From contig CAWGQF010000011.1 in NCBI GenBank assembly GCA_963824775.1, positions 60,389-124,388 of the forward strand: a stretch of DNA of 64,000 nt. The letters run 5' to 3'. Each line of letters opens with the position of its first letter. Position 1 is the stretch's first letter. Below are positions 28,488 to 39,472 of the stretch, one piece after another. A program made the position numbers and the translations under genes. Below the pieces are notes generated by a model that worked only from the letters and a program-made list of their open reading frames with translations, was not told the DNA's origin and searched no databases. The DNA is from an uncultured Actinomycetes bacterium (lineage in GTDB: Bacteria > Actinomycetota > Thermoleophilia > Gaiellales > Gaiellaceae).

Positions 28488-29054
28488 TTGGATCCCTCGG
28501 TGGATAGGGGTGTCGAGCGCGGCGCGGTCGAGAGGCCGCAGTCGATCGACCGGCTCGACCGGGAGATCATCGAGGCGCTGCAGGAGAACGGCCGCGAGTC
28601 GTTCCGGCGGATCGCGGCGCAACTCGGCGTCTCCGAGGCCACGATCCGGAACCGGTTCGGACGACTCCGCCGCGGGAACGTCCTCCAGGTCACGGGGGTG
28701 ACGAATCCGCTCGGCCTCGGGTTCGACGCGCAGGCGATGATCGGGATCAAGACGAATGGCCCCGTGAACGCGGTCGCCGACGCGGTGTCCGGTTGGCGCG
28801 AGGCGAGCTACGTCGTCATCACCGCCGGGCAGTACGACCTCCTCGTGGAGCTCGTCTGCATCGACCGGCACCACCTGCTCGAGGTCGTGAACCGCATCCG
28901 GGCGCTCGACACCGTCGTCTCGACGGAGAGCTTCATCTACCTCGAGCTGTGGAAGCAGCTCTACAGCTGGGGCACTCGGCCGGACGGCGAGGCTGTCCCG
29001 AAGGAGAAGGCGAGCAACGGCAGATCCGGTACACGACCGCGGAAGGCGAAATGA
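28488..29054 (+). CDS. Lrp/AsnC family transcriptional regulator.
   Basis: HTH LDREIIEALQENGRESFRRIAAQLGVSEATIRNRF followed by a RAM-like C-terminal domain. Confidence 0.9.
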   Translation: MDPSVDRGVERGAVERPQSIDRLDREIIEALQENGRESFRRIAAQLGVSEATIRNRFGRLRRGNVLQVTGVTNPLGLGFDAQAMIGIKTNGPVNAVADAVSGWREASYVVITAGQYDLLVELVCIDRHHLLEVVNRIRALDTVVSTESFIYLELWKQLYSWGTRPDGEAVPKEKASNGRSGTRPRKAK

Positions 29055-30494
29055 GCGTGACGACTTCGCGACTCCAGAACTACGTCGGCGGCGAGTGGGT
29101 CGACGCGGTGGAGGGCGGCGTGCAGGAGGTCCTGAACCCCGCCACCGGCGAGACGATCGCGGAGGTACCCCGCGGCTCCGAAGCCGACGTGGATCGAGCC
29201 GTCGCAGGCCGCGAAGCGTGCGTACGCGGAGTGGCGCGAGGCGACCCCGGCCGAGCGCGCGGAGGCTCTCCTCAAGCTTGCGGACGCGCTCGAGGAACAC
29301 GAGGAGGAGCTCGCAGCGACCGAGATCGCGAACGTGGGCAAGCCGCAGTCGGTCATGGCGGACGAGGTGCCGGCCTCGGCTGACAACCTGCGCTTCTTCG
29401 CGGGCGCCGCGCGCTGCCTCGAGGGACGTCCGGCCGGCGAGTACATGCGGGGCTACACGTCGATGGTCCGGCGCGAGCCCGTCGGCGTCGTCGGGCAGAT
29501 CGCGCCCTGGAACTACCCGCTCATGATGGCGGTCTGGAAGATCGGCCCCGCGCTCGCGGCCGGGAACACGATCGTCCTGAAGCCGTCCGAGCAGACGCCG
29601 CTGACCGCGCTCATGCTCGCGGGCTACGCGGGTGAGATCCTCCCGGCCGGCGTCCTGAACGTGATCACGGGTGACGGAGAGCCCGTCGGCGCCGGCATCG
29701 TGCGCCACCGTGACGTGCGCATGGTCTCGCTCACGGGCGACGTCGCCACAGGCATGGAGGTCGCCCGCGCCGCGGCAGAGACGCTCAAGCGCGTGCATCT
29801 CGAGCTCGGTGGGAAGGCGCCCGTGGTCGTTTTCGACGATGCGGACCCGGCCGCGGTCGCGGAAGGGATCAAGGTCGCCGGCTTCTGGAACTCCGGCCAG
29901 GACTGCACCGCAGCCTCGCGCATCGTCGCGGGCCCGAGGATCTACGACCGGCTGCTCGAGGAGCTCGTCCCGGCGGTCGAGTCGCTCAAGGTCGGCGACC
30001 CGGCCGAGGGGGAGGACGTCGAGATGGGTCCCGTGATCTCGAAGTCGCAGCAGGAGCGCGTGTTCGGCTTCCTCGAGCGCGCGGCCGAGGGAAAGGCCCG
30101 CGTGCTCACGGGCGGCGACGGGAACGGCGACCGCGGCTTCTTCGTCAGGCCGACGGTCGTCGTCGACGTCGACCAGGAGGACGAGATCGTGAAACGCGAG
30201 GTCTTCGGACCGGTCGTGACCGTGCAGCGCTTCGAGGACGACGACCAGGCGATCGCGTGGGCGAACGACGTTGACTACGGCCTCTCCGCCTCGGTCTGGA
30301 CGCGCGACATCGGCCGCGCCCTGAACGCGGCGCGCAACCTCGAGTTCGGGGCGGTCTGGATCAACGACCACATTCCGATCGTCTCCGAGATGCCCCACGG
30401 GGGGTACAAGCAGTCCGGCTACGGGAAGGACCTCTCCATCTACGCCGTCGAGGAGTACACCCAGCTCAAGCACGTGATGGCGAAGATCGATTGA
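29051..30494 (+). CDS. Aldehyde dehydrogenase (aminobutyraldehyde-dehydrogenase-like). One +1 frame break near 29207.
   Basis: ATG 29051 overlaps the Lrp stop. [26 protein letters not shown] (catalytic Cys). ORFs 28793..29383 and 29334..30494 are collinear. Confidence 0.9.
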
Positions 30495-31978
30495 CGGAGA
30501 CCCGCCTCCTCATCGGCGGCGAGCAGGTCGAGGGCGCGGGCGAGTCGCTCCCGGTCGAGAACCCCTACACCCAGGAGAACTTCGCCTCTGTCGGCCTCCC
30601 GACGCCCGAGCAGGTCGATGCGGCGATCGCGGCGGCGCGCGAGGCGGCGGCGGGCTGGGCGAGCACGCCGGCGATCGACCGGGCCGAGCTGCTCCACGAG
30701 TCGGCGGCGAAGATCCGCGCCCGGACGGAGGAGGTCGCGGCGACGCTGACGCGCGAGGGCGGGAAGCCGCTCGTCGAGAACTCGGACGAGATCGGCTGGA
30801 CCGCCGCGGTGTTCGACTACTACGCGGAGATGGGCCGGAACTTCGCGGGGCGGGTAATCCCGTCCATCGAGTCGACCCAGCTCTCGCTCGTCCTCAAGGA
30901 GCCGATGGGCGTCGTCGCGTGCATCGTCCCCTGGAACTATCCGCTCCTCCTCCTCGCCTGGAAGCTCGCGCCCGCCCTCGCCGCCGGGAACGCCGTCGTC
31001 TGCAAGCCGTCCGAGCTGACGCCGCTCTCGACGCTCGCGCTCGCCCCGTGCTTCGATCACCTGCCGCCCGGCGTCGTGAACATCCTCGCGGGTGCCGGCG
31101 ACGTGGGCGAGGTGATCGTTCGCGACGAGCGGATCGACTGCGTCGCCTTCACGGGCTCGGTCGAGACGGGGAAGGCGATCGCGAAAATCTGCGCCGAACG
31201 CGTCGCCCGTCTGAACCTCGAGCTCGGCGGCAAGGACCCGTTCATCGTCTGCGCCGACGTCGCGGAGCAGATCAAGGTCGCGGCGAAGGGAGGCGCCTGG
31301 GCCGCGTTCCTGAACGCGGGGCAGGTCTGCACCTCGGCGGAGCGCTTCTACGTCGAGCGCCCGGTCTACGAGGACTTCCTCGCTGCCTTCGTCGAGGAAA
31401 CGGAGTCGCTCCGGCTCGGCGATCCGCTCGATCCGGAGACCGACATCGGCCCGCTCGTCTCGGCGCGCCAGCGCGACCGTGTCGCCGCTCAGGTCGAGGC
31501 CGCCGTCGCGGCGGGCGCCGAGCTCGTCACGGGTGGGAACGGGGCGGGCCGCCCGACGGGGTACTTCTTCGCGCCGGCCGTCGTCACCGGCGCGCCGGCC
31601 GAGACCGATCTCCTCCGCGAGGAGACATTCGGACCGGTCGCGCCGATTGTCCCGGTCGACTCGCTCGACGAGGCGATTGCGCTTGCGAACTCGACCCGCT
31701 TCGGCCTCGGCTGCAACGTCTACACGAAGGATCTCGACGCCATCGTCCGGTGCATGCGCGAGATTCGCGCGGGCACCGTGTGGTTCAACGACCCGCTCAC
31801 GGACAACGACGCGGGCCCGTTCGGGGGGATGAAGCAGTCCGGCCTCGGCCGGGAGCTCGGTGAGGAGGGCCTCGAGGCCTTCCAGGAGACGAAGCACGTC
31901 CACCTCGAGACGCGGATCGCGCCGAAGGACTGGTGGTACCCCTACGGCGGCGGCGCCGCGCAGGCGAAAGGAGCGTAA
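30491..31978 (+). CDS. Aldehyde dehydrogenase family protein.
   Basis: Intact 495 aa: [26 protein letters not shown]. The TTG start overlaps the preceding stop. Confidence 0.9.
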   Translation: MTETRLLIGGEQVEGAGESLPVENPYTQENFASVGLPTPEQVDAAIAAAREAAAGWASTPAIDRAELLHESAAKIRARTEEVAATLTREGGKPLVENSDEIGWTAAVFDYYAEMGRNFAGRVIPSIESTQLSLVLKEPMGVVACIVPWNYPLLLLAWKLAPALAAGNAVVCKPSELTPLSTLALAPCFDHLPPGVVNILAGAGDVGEVIVRDERIDCVAFTGSVETGKAIAKICAERVARLNLELGGKDPFIVCADVAEQIKVAAKGGAWAAFLNAGQVCTSAERFYVERPVYEDFLAAFVEETESLRLGDPLDPETDIGPLVSARQRDRVAAQVEAAVAAGAELVTGGNGAGRPTGYFFAPAVVTGAPAETDLLREETFGPVAPIVPVDSLDEAIALANSTRFGLGCNVYTKDLDAIVRCMREIRAGTVWFNDPLTDNDAGPFGGMKQSGLGRELGEEGLEAFQETKHVHLETRIAPKDWWYPYGGGAAQAKGA

Positions 31979-31980
31979 GC

Positions 31981-33522
31981 GTGACCACGGTTACTGCGGA
32001 ACCGACGACGAAGCCGCCCGAGGAACCGGGGCTGAAGGCGAACGCGATCGGGTTCCTCGACTCGCTCGTGATCGGCCTGGCCTCGACGGCGCCGGCGTAC
32101 ACGCTCGCCGCGATCATCGGCTCGATCGTCGTGATCGTCGGCGTGCAGGCGCCTGCTGCACTCCTCCTCTCGTTCGTCCCGATGTTCCTGATCGCGGGCG
32201 CGTTCTTCTACATGAACCGCGCCGATCCGGACGCAGGCACTACCTTCTCCTGGGTCACGCGAACGCTTCGGGCCGTGGATCGGCTGGATCGGCGGCTGGG
32301 CGGTCTGCGTCACCGGGATCCTCGTCATCGGCTCGCTCGCGGACGTCGGCGCCCGCTACACGTACCTGCTCTTCGGCTGGGACTCGGCCGCCGCCTCCAA
32401 GGGCGCGGTCACGGCGCTCGCCATCGCGATCATCGTCGTCATGACCGTCATCTGCATCCTGGGGACGGAGCTCTCGGCGCGGATCCAGAACGTGATGATC
32501 ATCGCGCAGGTCGGCGCGCTCCTTCTCTTCGCTGTCGTCGCCCTGTGGAAGGTGTGGGGCGGCGACGCCCCTGCCGGCTCGATCGAGCCCGAGGCTTCCT
32601 GGTTCAACCCGTTCAACATCGAGGGAGGCGACGTCCTCGTGAGCGTCCTGCTCCTCGGGGTCTTCGCCTACTGGGGGTGGGAGTCGTCGGTCAACCTCTG
32701 CGAGGAGACGTCGAACAGCCGGCGCGCCCCCGGCCTTGCGGCCCTGACGAGCACCGTCGTCCTGGTCGTCACCTACGTCTCGGTGGCGATGGCCGTCGTG
32801 GCCTTCGCGGGCCTCGAGCGGGCGGCAGAGTTCGACGACGACGACGCGATCCTCGGGACGCTCTCGCTGCGACGTGCTCGGGTCGCCCTGGGACAAGCTC
32901 GTCATCCTCGCGATCGTGACTTCGGCCGTCGCCTCGACGCAGACGACGATCATCCCCGCGTCGCGGACGACCCTCTCGATGTCGCGCTCGGGCGCGTACC
33001 CGTCCATCCTCTCGCGGATCCATCCGCGCTACCGGACCCCGCACGTCGCGACCGCCGTGGTCGCCTTCCTCGCGATCCTCTGGTACCTCCCGGCGAACCT
33101 CATCTCGGAGAACTTCCTCTTCGACTCGCTCTCGGCGCTCGCGCTCATGATCGCCTTCTACTACGCGCTCAGCGGGTTCGCGTGTCTCGTGTACTACCGG
33201 CGAGAGCTCACGAAGTCCGTCTGGAACTTCGTCGTCATCGGGGTCGGGCCGTTCGTCGGCGGGATCGCCCTCGCCTGGCTCTTCTTCGAGGCGACGCGGC
33301 AGCTCTCGAGCCTGGACGAGTCGTACAGCGGCCAGAAGCTCCTCGGCTTCGCGCCGCCTCTCACGATCGGCTACGGCTTCCTCATCCTCGGTGTCGTCCT
33401 GCTCGTCACCTGGCGGATCGTGGCCGGGAGGAACCGGTTCTTCTCACGGCGACGCGTTCGAGGCCGTGCCGCCTGAGATCGCGGCCGGCCAGGTCAAGGT
33501 CGCCGAGACGGAAGGGTTATGA
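31981..33522 (+). pseudogene. APC-family amino acid/polyamine permease, disrupted as sequenced by three +1 frame breaks (about 32265, 32868, 33454).
   Basis: Collinear hydrophobic pieces lie in ORFs 31933..32919, 32441..33865 and 32874..33476. A last frame ends TGA 33520-33522, overlapping the next ATG (ATGA). Confidence 0.85.
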
Positions 33523-34965
33523 ACCCGTCCGTGAGCGGTCGGCTCTCCCCCGAGGAGCTCCAGCGTGCGGCGCACGAGCACCTCTGGCTCCACTTCACGC
33601 GCATGGGCGGGCTCCGCGACCAGGAGATCCCCGTCATCGTCCGCGGCGAGGGCTGCTACCTCGAGGACGCGAACGGAAAGCGCTACCTCGACGCGCTGGC
33701 CGGGCTCTTCGCGGTCCAGATCGGCTACTCGTTCGGCGAGGAGATGGGCGAGCGCGGCAGCGGCGCAGATGCGCGAGCTCCCCTTCTACACGAACTGGAG
33801 CTACGCGCATCCGCGCGCCATCGAGCTCGCCGCCGAGATCGCCTCACTTGCGCCGGGCGACCTGAACCGCGTCTTCTTCGTCTCGGGCGGCTCGGAGGCG
33901 ATCGAGTCGGCCTGGAAGCTGGCCCGCCAGTACCACGCCGCCCGCGGCGAGCGGCGCTGGAAGGCGGTCGCGCGGCGCGTCGCCTACCACGGGACGACGA
34001 TGGGCGCGCTCTCGATCAACGGGGTCGCGGCCTTGCGGGCACCGTTCGAGCCGCTCGTTCCCGACGTCGTCCACGTGCGCAACACGAGCCGCTACCACCG
34101 GCCGCCCGCCGAGACCGAGGAGGCGTTCACCGCGTTCCTGCTCGAGGACCTCGAGGAGGCGATCGAGCAGGCGGGCCCGGAGACGGTCGCGCTCGTCGTC
34201 ATGGAGCCGGTGCAGAACTCCGGCGGTGCGCTCACGCCCCCCGAGGGCTACTTCCGCGGCGTCCGCGAGATCTGCGACCGGTACGGGATCCTCCTCTGCG
34301 CCGACGAGGTCATCACCGCGTGGGGGCGACTCGGCGCCTGGTTCGCGAGCGAGCGCTACGACATCCGGCCCGACATCGTCACATCGGCGAAGGGGCTCTC
34401 GTCCGCGTACGCGGCGATCGGCGCCGTCGTCGTTCGCGACGCCGTCATGGAGCCGTTCCTCGACGAGACGGCCATGTTCATGCACGGGATGACCTTCGGA
34501 GGCCATCCGGTGCAGGCCGCGGTCGCGCTCAAGAACATCGAGATCATGCGGCGGGAGCGAATCGTCGAGCATGTCGCCGACCAGGCGGACGCATTCCGCT
34601 CGACGCTTGCACAGCTCCTCGACCTCCCGATCGCGGGCGATCTCCGCGGAACGGGGTTCTTCTACGCGCTCGAGCTCGTGAAGGACAAGGAGACCCGCGA
34701 GACGTTCAGCGACGACGAGTGCGAGCGGCTCCTGCGCGGGTTCCTGTCCCCGCGGCTCTTCGAGCGCGGACTGATCTGCCGCGCCGACGACCGTGGCGAT
34801 CCTGTCGTTCAGATCTCACCACCGCTCGTTGCCGGGCAGGCAGAGTTCGACGAGCTGACGGGCATCCTCGGCGACGTGCTCGACGAGGCGTGGAAGCGCC
34901 TCGACGAAACGGCTGGGCAGAGCTCGGTCGGCGCACCCGAAGCACCGGTCGCACCGTCCGCGTAG
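33519..34965 (+). CDS. Class-III (omega) aminotransferase. One +1 frame break near 33755.
   Basis: VFFVSGGSEAIESAWKLA, CADEVITAWGRLG, IVTSAKGLSS (PLP Lys). ORFs 33519..35006 and 33565..34965 are collinear. Confidence 0.9.
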
Positions 34966-35057
34966 GAACGGTCTCGGTACCTGACAGCGGGCATCAGGTC
35001 CTGTAGGTTCGCCGCGCCAACTGTTGTGGATGAGGCGAAATAAGGGAGGGAGTTCTG

Positions 35058-36200
35058 GTGCTCAACCGCGGAATCGTTCGGCTAGGCCTGCTCCTCGTGG
35101 TCGCGCTCCTCGTCGGAGCAGGGTGCGACATCGGCAGCGACGACGACGACAGCAGCGGGACCGGCGGAACGGGCGGCGACGCGGCCGCCCAGACAGGAAC
35201 GGGCGAGGAGACCGAGGGCGATGCCGAGGGCGGGGTTCTTCAACAGGTTCAGGATCGCGGGCGGCTCGTCTGCGGCGTGAACGACGCAGTCCCGGGGTTT
35301 GGCACCGCGACCGCCGGCGGTGAGTACGAGGGCTTCGACATCGACTTCTGCCGGGTGATCGCCGCGGCCGTGCTCGGCGACGCCGAGGCGGTCGACTTCG
35401 TCCCGCTCACAGCGGAGCAGCGCTTCACGGCGCTCCAGTCCGGCGAGATCGACGTTCTGAGCCGGAACACCACCTACACGTCGTCGCGCGACGGCTCCGA
35501 GGGCGCGCGCTTCCTGCACACGACGTACTACGACGGCCAGGGGATGATGGTGAACGCGGACAGCGAGTTCCAGGCGATCGAGGATCTCGGCGGCGCGACG
35601 ATCTGCGTCCTCTCGGGAACGACGACGGAGCTGAACCTCGAGACGACCTTCCAGTCGCGGGGCATCCAGTACACGCCGCTCACGTTCGAGGAGGCCGAGC
35701 CGTTGCAGGCGGCCTTCACGGAGGGCCGCTGCGACGCCTGGACGTCGGACCTCTCGCAGCTTGCGGGCATCCGCTCGGCGTGGCCCGACAATCAGGGCGG
35801 TCCGGAGGCGCTCCGGATCTTCGACGAGATCATCTCGAAGGAGCCGCTAGGCCCGGCGGTTCGCGACGGTGACGACGAGTGGGCGGACGCGGTCAACTGG
35901 GCGATCTTCGCGACCATCCAGGCCGAGGAGTTCGAGCTCACGCAGGACAACGTCGCGGAAGCCGGGACCTCGGACAATCCCGACATCCAGCGGTTCCTCG
36001 GACAGCCGGTCGAGGGCGAGCCGTTCGACTCCGGCCTCGGCCTCGAAGCCGACTTCGCGGTGAACGTGATCGAGCAGGTCGGGAACTACGGCGAGATCTT
36101 CGACCGCAACATCGGCGCCGGCTCGCCGCTCGAGCTGGAGCGGGGGCTCAACGCGCTCTGGACGGACGACGGCCTGCAGTACGCGCCGCCGTACCGCTAG
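35058..36200 (+). CDS. aapJ: Amino-acid ABC transporter substrate-binding lipoprotein (general L-amino-acid AapJ type).
   Basis: Lipobox LLVGAGC. Intact 380 aa. First gene of a 4-gene ABC operon. Confidence 0.85.
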   Translation: MLNRGIVRLGLLLVVALLVGAGCDIGSDDDDSSGTGGTGGDAAAQTGTGEETEGDAEGGVLQQVQDRGRLVCGVNDAVPGFGTATAGGEYEGFDIDFCRVIAAAVLGDAEAVDFVPLTAEQRFTALQSGEIDVLSRNTTYTSSRDGSEGARFLHTTYYDGQGMMVNADSEFQAIEDLGGATICVLSGTTTELNLETTFQSRGIQYTPLTFEEAEPLQAAFTEGRCDAWTSDLSQLAGIRSAWPDNQGGPEALRIFDEIISKEPLGPAVRDGDDEWADAVNWAIFATIQAEEFELTQDNVAEAGTSDNPDIQRFLGQPVEGEPFDSGLGLEADFAVNVIEQVGNYGEIFDRNIGAGSPLELERGLNALWTDDGLQYAPPYR

Positions 36201-36251
36201 ACGGATCTGCGGGGCGGCGGCTCGGCCGCCGCCCCGCACCCACTCGGACCG

Positions 36252-37424
36252 ATGAGCGTCGCCCCGCACACGCTGCCCTCGCGACCGCCGGTCTGGCGGA
36301 ACGTCCGAGTGCTGCGCTGGGCGTTCCAGGTGGTGTTCCTCGTCGGCGTGGTGCTCTTCCTCCTCTACCTGTGGGACAACCTAGTCACGAACTTCGACCG
36401 CCTGGGAATCCGGAGCGACTTCGAGTTCCTCGACCAGCCGGCCGGGTTCGCCATCCCCGACTCGGACTTCAGATCCTCCCAGTCGATCCTCGATGCGCTG
36501 ATCCAGGGCGCGAAGAACACGGCGATCGTCGCGTTCGTCGGGATCGTCCTTTCGACCATCCTCGGCGTCCTGATCGGCGTCGCCCGGCTCTCGACGAACT
36601 GGCTCGTTCGCCGGGCCGCGGCGCTCTACGTCGAGACGTTCCGCAACATCCCCGTCCTCGTCATCATTACGTTCTGGTACCTGGGCGTCGTCCTGCGCCT
36701 GCCGCCGCTCGGCGACGCGACCGCCCTCGCGGGGTTCTCGGTCTCGAACCGCGGAATCGTCGTTCCGTGGTTCGAGCGCACGGGCGGGATCGCGGTTTTC
36801 GGCGTCCTCGGACTCGTCTTCCTCGCCGTTGCCCTCACGGTCGCGGTCTGGCGGTCGCGCCGCTTCGACGCGACCGGCGAGCCGCACCACCGGCTCCTCT
36901 GGGGCGGTGGGATCCTGCTTGGCGGCCTGGCGATCGCATTCGTCGCGGGAGGGACGCCGTTCGAGCTCTCCGTCCCCGAGGCCGGGCAGTTCGGGACGAC
37001 CGGTGGCTTCCGCCTGAGCCCCGAGTACGCGGCGCTCCTGATTGCGCTCACGCTCTACACGGCGAGCCACATCGCCGAGATCGTGCGCGGCAGCATCCTG
37101 GCCGTACCGCGCGGACAGGGCGAGGCGTCGAACGCACTCGGGCTCTCGGGGTTCCAGCGCCTCCGGCAGGTGATCCTGCCGCAGGCGTTCCGAATCTCGG
37201 TTCCGCCGATGGCGAACCAGTACCTCAACCTGACGAAGAACTCGTCGCTCGGAATCGCGATCGGCTACTACGAGCTGACGCGCATCACGCGGATCTCGAT
37301 CGGTCAGGCGGCTCCCGCGCCGCAGGCGATCTTCGTGCTCATGCTCTTCTACCTTGCCTTCTCGCTCTTCATCGCCCTGGTCACGAACCTGGTCAACCGC
37401 CGCCTGGAGATCAAGGGCCGATGA
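36252..37424 (+). CDS. aapQ: Amino-acid ABC transporter permease (AapQ type).
   Basis: Intact 390-aa polytopic protein. IAEIVRGSILAVPRGQGEASNALGLS is the EAA-type loop. Confidence 0.85.
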   Translation: MSVAPHTLPSRPPVWRNVRVLRWAFQVVFLVGVVLFLLYLWDNLVTNFDRLGIRSDFEFLDQPAGFAIPDSDFRSSQSILDALIQGAKNTAIVAFVGIVLSTILGVLIGVARLSTNWLVRRAAALYVETFRNIPVLVIITFWYLGVVLRLPPLGDATALAGFSVSNRGIVVPWFERTGGIAVFGVLGLVFLAVALTVAVWRSRRFDATGEPHHRLLWGGGILLGGLAIAFVAGGTPFELSVPEAGQFGTTGGFRLSPEYAALLIALTLYTASHIAEIVRGSILAVPRGQGEASNALGLSGFQRLRQVILPQAFRISVPPMANQYLNLTKNSSLGIAIGYYELTRITRISIGQAAPAPQAIFVLMLFYLAFSLFIALVTNLVNRRLEIKGR

Positions 37425-38689
37425 CCGTCGCGCGCCCGCTGACCGAGGAGCCGCTGCCCGTCCCCGAGCAGGAAGGGCCGCCCATTCGGCGCGTCGGGTT
37501 CCGCCGCTGGGCGAAGGAGAGCCTCTTCAGCTCGCGCCTGAACGGAGTCCTGACGATCCTCTTCGGGCTCTTCCTCGCCTGGGTGCTCTACCGCGTCGCG
37601 AAGTTCGTGTTCGTCGATGCGGACTGGGAGATCGTCGAGGTGAACCTGCGGAACTTCATGATCTTCGGGTTCCCGCAGGACGAGACCTGGCGCGTGTGGG
37701 CGGCGCTCTATCTGCTCGCCGCCTCGGCCGGGTTCGGGGCCGGCGCAGCCGCTACGCGGCGGGCGCTCGAGGTCGAGGAGGGACGCGCGCCGTCCGAGGG
37801 CGGCCAGACGCTCCTGCTGCGGCGCGTCGCGCCGCTGCTCGCGCTGGCGGCCGTGCTGCTCGCGTTCGCGAGCTCGCTGACGGCGACGGTGCTCGTCGTC
37901 GGCGTCGCGGTCGTCGCAGTCGGATTCCGTTTCCTCGGGCGGCGCATGCCGCCGACTCGAGGGCGGCTCGCCGCCGGTCTCGTCCTCGTCGGGATTCTCG
38001 CGGCGTATGCGGTGATCGCCTACTTCGGCGGGGTGGCGCCGTCGGCCTGGGGCGGGCTCCTCCTCACGATGTTCCTCGCCGTCGCCGGAATACTCCTCTC
38101 CTTCCCGCTCGGTGTCCTCCTCGCCCTTGGCCGGCGCTCGAAGCTTCCGGCAATACGGCTCGTCTGCGTCGTCTACATCGAGCTGATTCGCGGGGTTCCC
38201 CTGATCGCGATCCTCTTCATGGCTGTCTTCGCGCTGCGCTTCTTCCTCCCGGCGGATGCCGAGCCGCCGAGCACGGTGACGCGAGCCCTCGTCGGCCTCA
38301 TCCTCTTCACGGCCGCCTACGTGGCGGAGGTCGTGCGGGGCGGGCTGCAGGGCGTGCCGCAGGGCCAGATCGAGGCGGCGCAGGCGATCGGTCTCTCGCC
38401 CCTGAAGACGACGCGCCTCATCGTCCTCCCGCAGGCTCTCCGTAACGTGATCCCAGGTCTCGTCGGCCAGTTCATCAGCCTCTTCAAGGACACGTCGCTC
38501 GTTGCGGTCGTGGGTCTCACCGAGCTCTTCGCCGTCGCCGAGATCGCGACGAAGCAGCCGGACTTCGTCGGCCAGGGCCTCATCGTGGAGACTCTCGTCT
38601 TCGTGTCGTTCGTCTACTGGGCCGGCGCATACTGGATGTCCCGCGAGAGCCAGCGGCTCGAGCAGCGCCTGGGCGTCGGTGTGCGATGA
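37421..38689 (+). CDS. aapM: Amino-acid ABC transporter permease (AapM type).
   Basis: ATG 37421 (ATGA overlap) inside ORF 35879..38689. [26 protein letters not shown] is the EAA-type loop. Confidence 0.85.
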   Translation: MTVARPLTEEPLPVPEQEGPPIRRVGFRRWAKESLFSSRLNGVLTILFGLFLAWVLYRVAKFVFVDADWEIVEVNLRNFMIFGFPQDETWRVWAALYLLAASAGFGAGAAATRRALEVEEGRAPSEGGQTLLLRRVAPLLALAAVLLAFASSLTATVLVVGVAVVAVGFRFLGRRMPPTRGRLAAGLVLVGILAAYAVIAYFGGVAPSAWGGLLLTMFLAVAGILLSFPLGVLLALGRRSKLPAIRLVCVVYIELIRGVPLIAILFMAVFALRFFLPADAEPPSTVTRALVGLILFTAAYVAEVVRGGLQGVPQGQIEAAQAIGLSPLKTTRLIVLPQALRNVIPGLVGQFISLFKDTSLVAVVGLTELFAVAEIATKQPDFVGQGLIVETLVFVSFVYWAGAYWMSRESQRLEQRLGVGVR

Positions 38690-39468
38690 GCGAGACGACC
38701 GCGCTCACCTCGGCGGCGACCGTCCCGGGCGGGACCGGCGAGCCGATGATCGTGATGGAGGGCGTCTCCAAGTGGTTCGCCGACTTCCAGGCGCTCCGGG
38801 ACGTCGACCTAGTCGTCGGACGCCAGGAGGTCGTTGTCGTCTGCGGCCCGTCGGGGTCGGGGAAGTCGACGCTCATCCGCTGCGTGAACCGCCTCGAGGA
38901 GCACGACAAGGGCCGGATCGTGGTCGACGGAATCGAGCTCACGAACGACCTCCGCAACATCGGGGAGGTCAGGCGCGAGGTCGGCATGGTGTTCCAGCAG
39001 TTCAACCTCTTCCCGCACCTGACCGTCCTCGAGAACGTGACGCTCGCCCCGCGCCACGTGCGGCGCCGGCCGAAGAAGCAGGCAGAAGCGAAGGCCCGCG
39101 AGCTGCTGGAGCGCGTCCAGATTCCCGAGCAGGCCGGCAAGTACCCGGGCCAGCTCTCGGGCGGCCAGCAGCAGCGCGCTGCGATCGCACGAGCCCTCGC
39201 GATGGAGCCGAAGATCATGCTCTTCGACGAGCCGACCTCGGCGCTCGACCCGGAGATGATCAAGGAGGTCCTCGACGCGATGGAGGAGCTCGCCGAGTCG
39301 GGCATGACCATGGTCGTCGTCACGCACGAGATGGGCTTCGCCCGCGCCGTCGCCGACCGCATGGTGTTCATGGCCGACGCGGAGATCGTCGAGGCGGGGA
39401 CGCCCGAGCACTTCTTCGAGAACCCGCAGGAGGAACGCACCAAGCAGTTCCTCTCGCAGATTCTCTAG
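38686..39468 (+). CDS. aapP: Amino-acid ABC transporter ATP-binding protein.
   Basis: [27 protein letters not shown]. Intact 260 aa. Confidence 0.95.
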   Translation: MSETTALTSAATVPGGTGEPMIVMEGVSKWFADFQALRDVDLVVGRQEVVVVCGPSGSGKSTLIRCVNRLEEHDKGRIVVDGIELTNDLRNIGEVRREVGMVFQQFNLFPHLTVLENVTLAPRHVRRRPKKQAEAKARELLERVQIPEQAGKYPGQLSGGQQQRAAIARALAMEPKIMLFDEPTSALDPEMIKEVLDAMEELAESGMTMVVVTHEMGFARAVADRMVFMADAEIVEAGTPEHFFENPQEERTKQFLSQIL

Positions 39469-39472
39469 GCGT

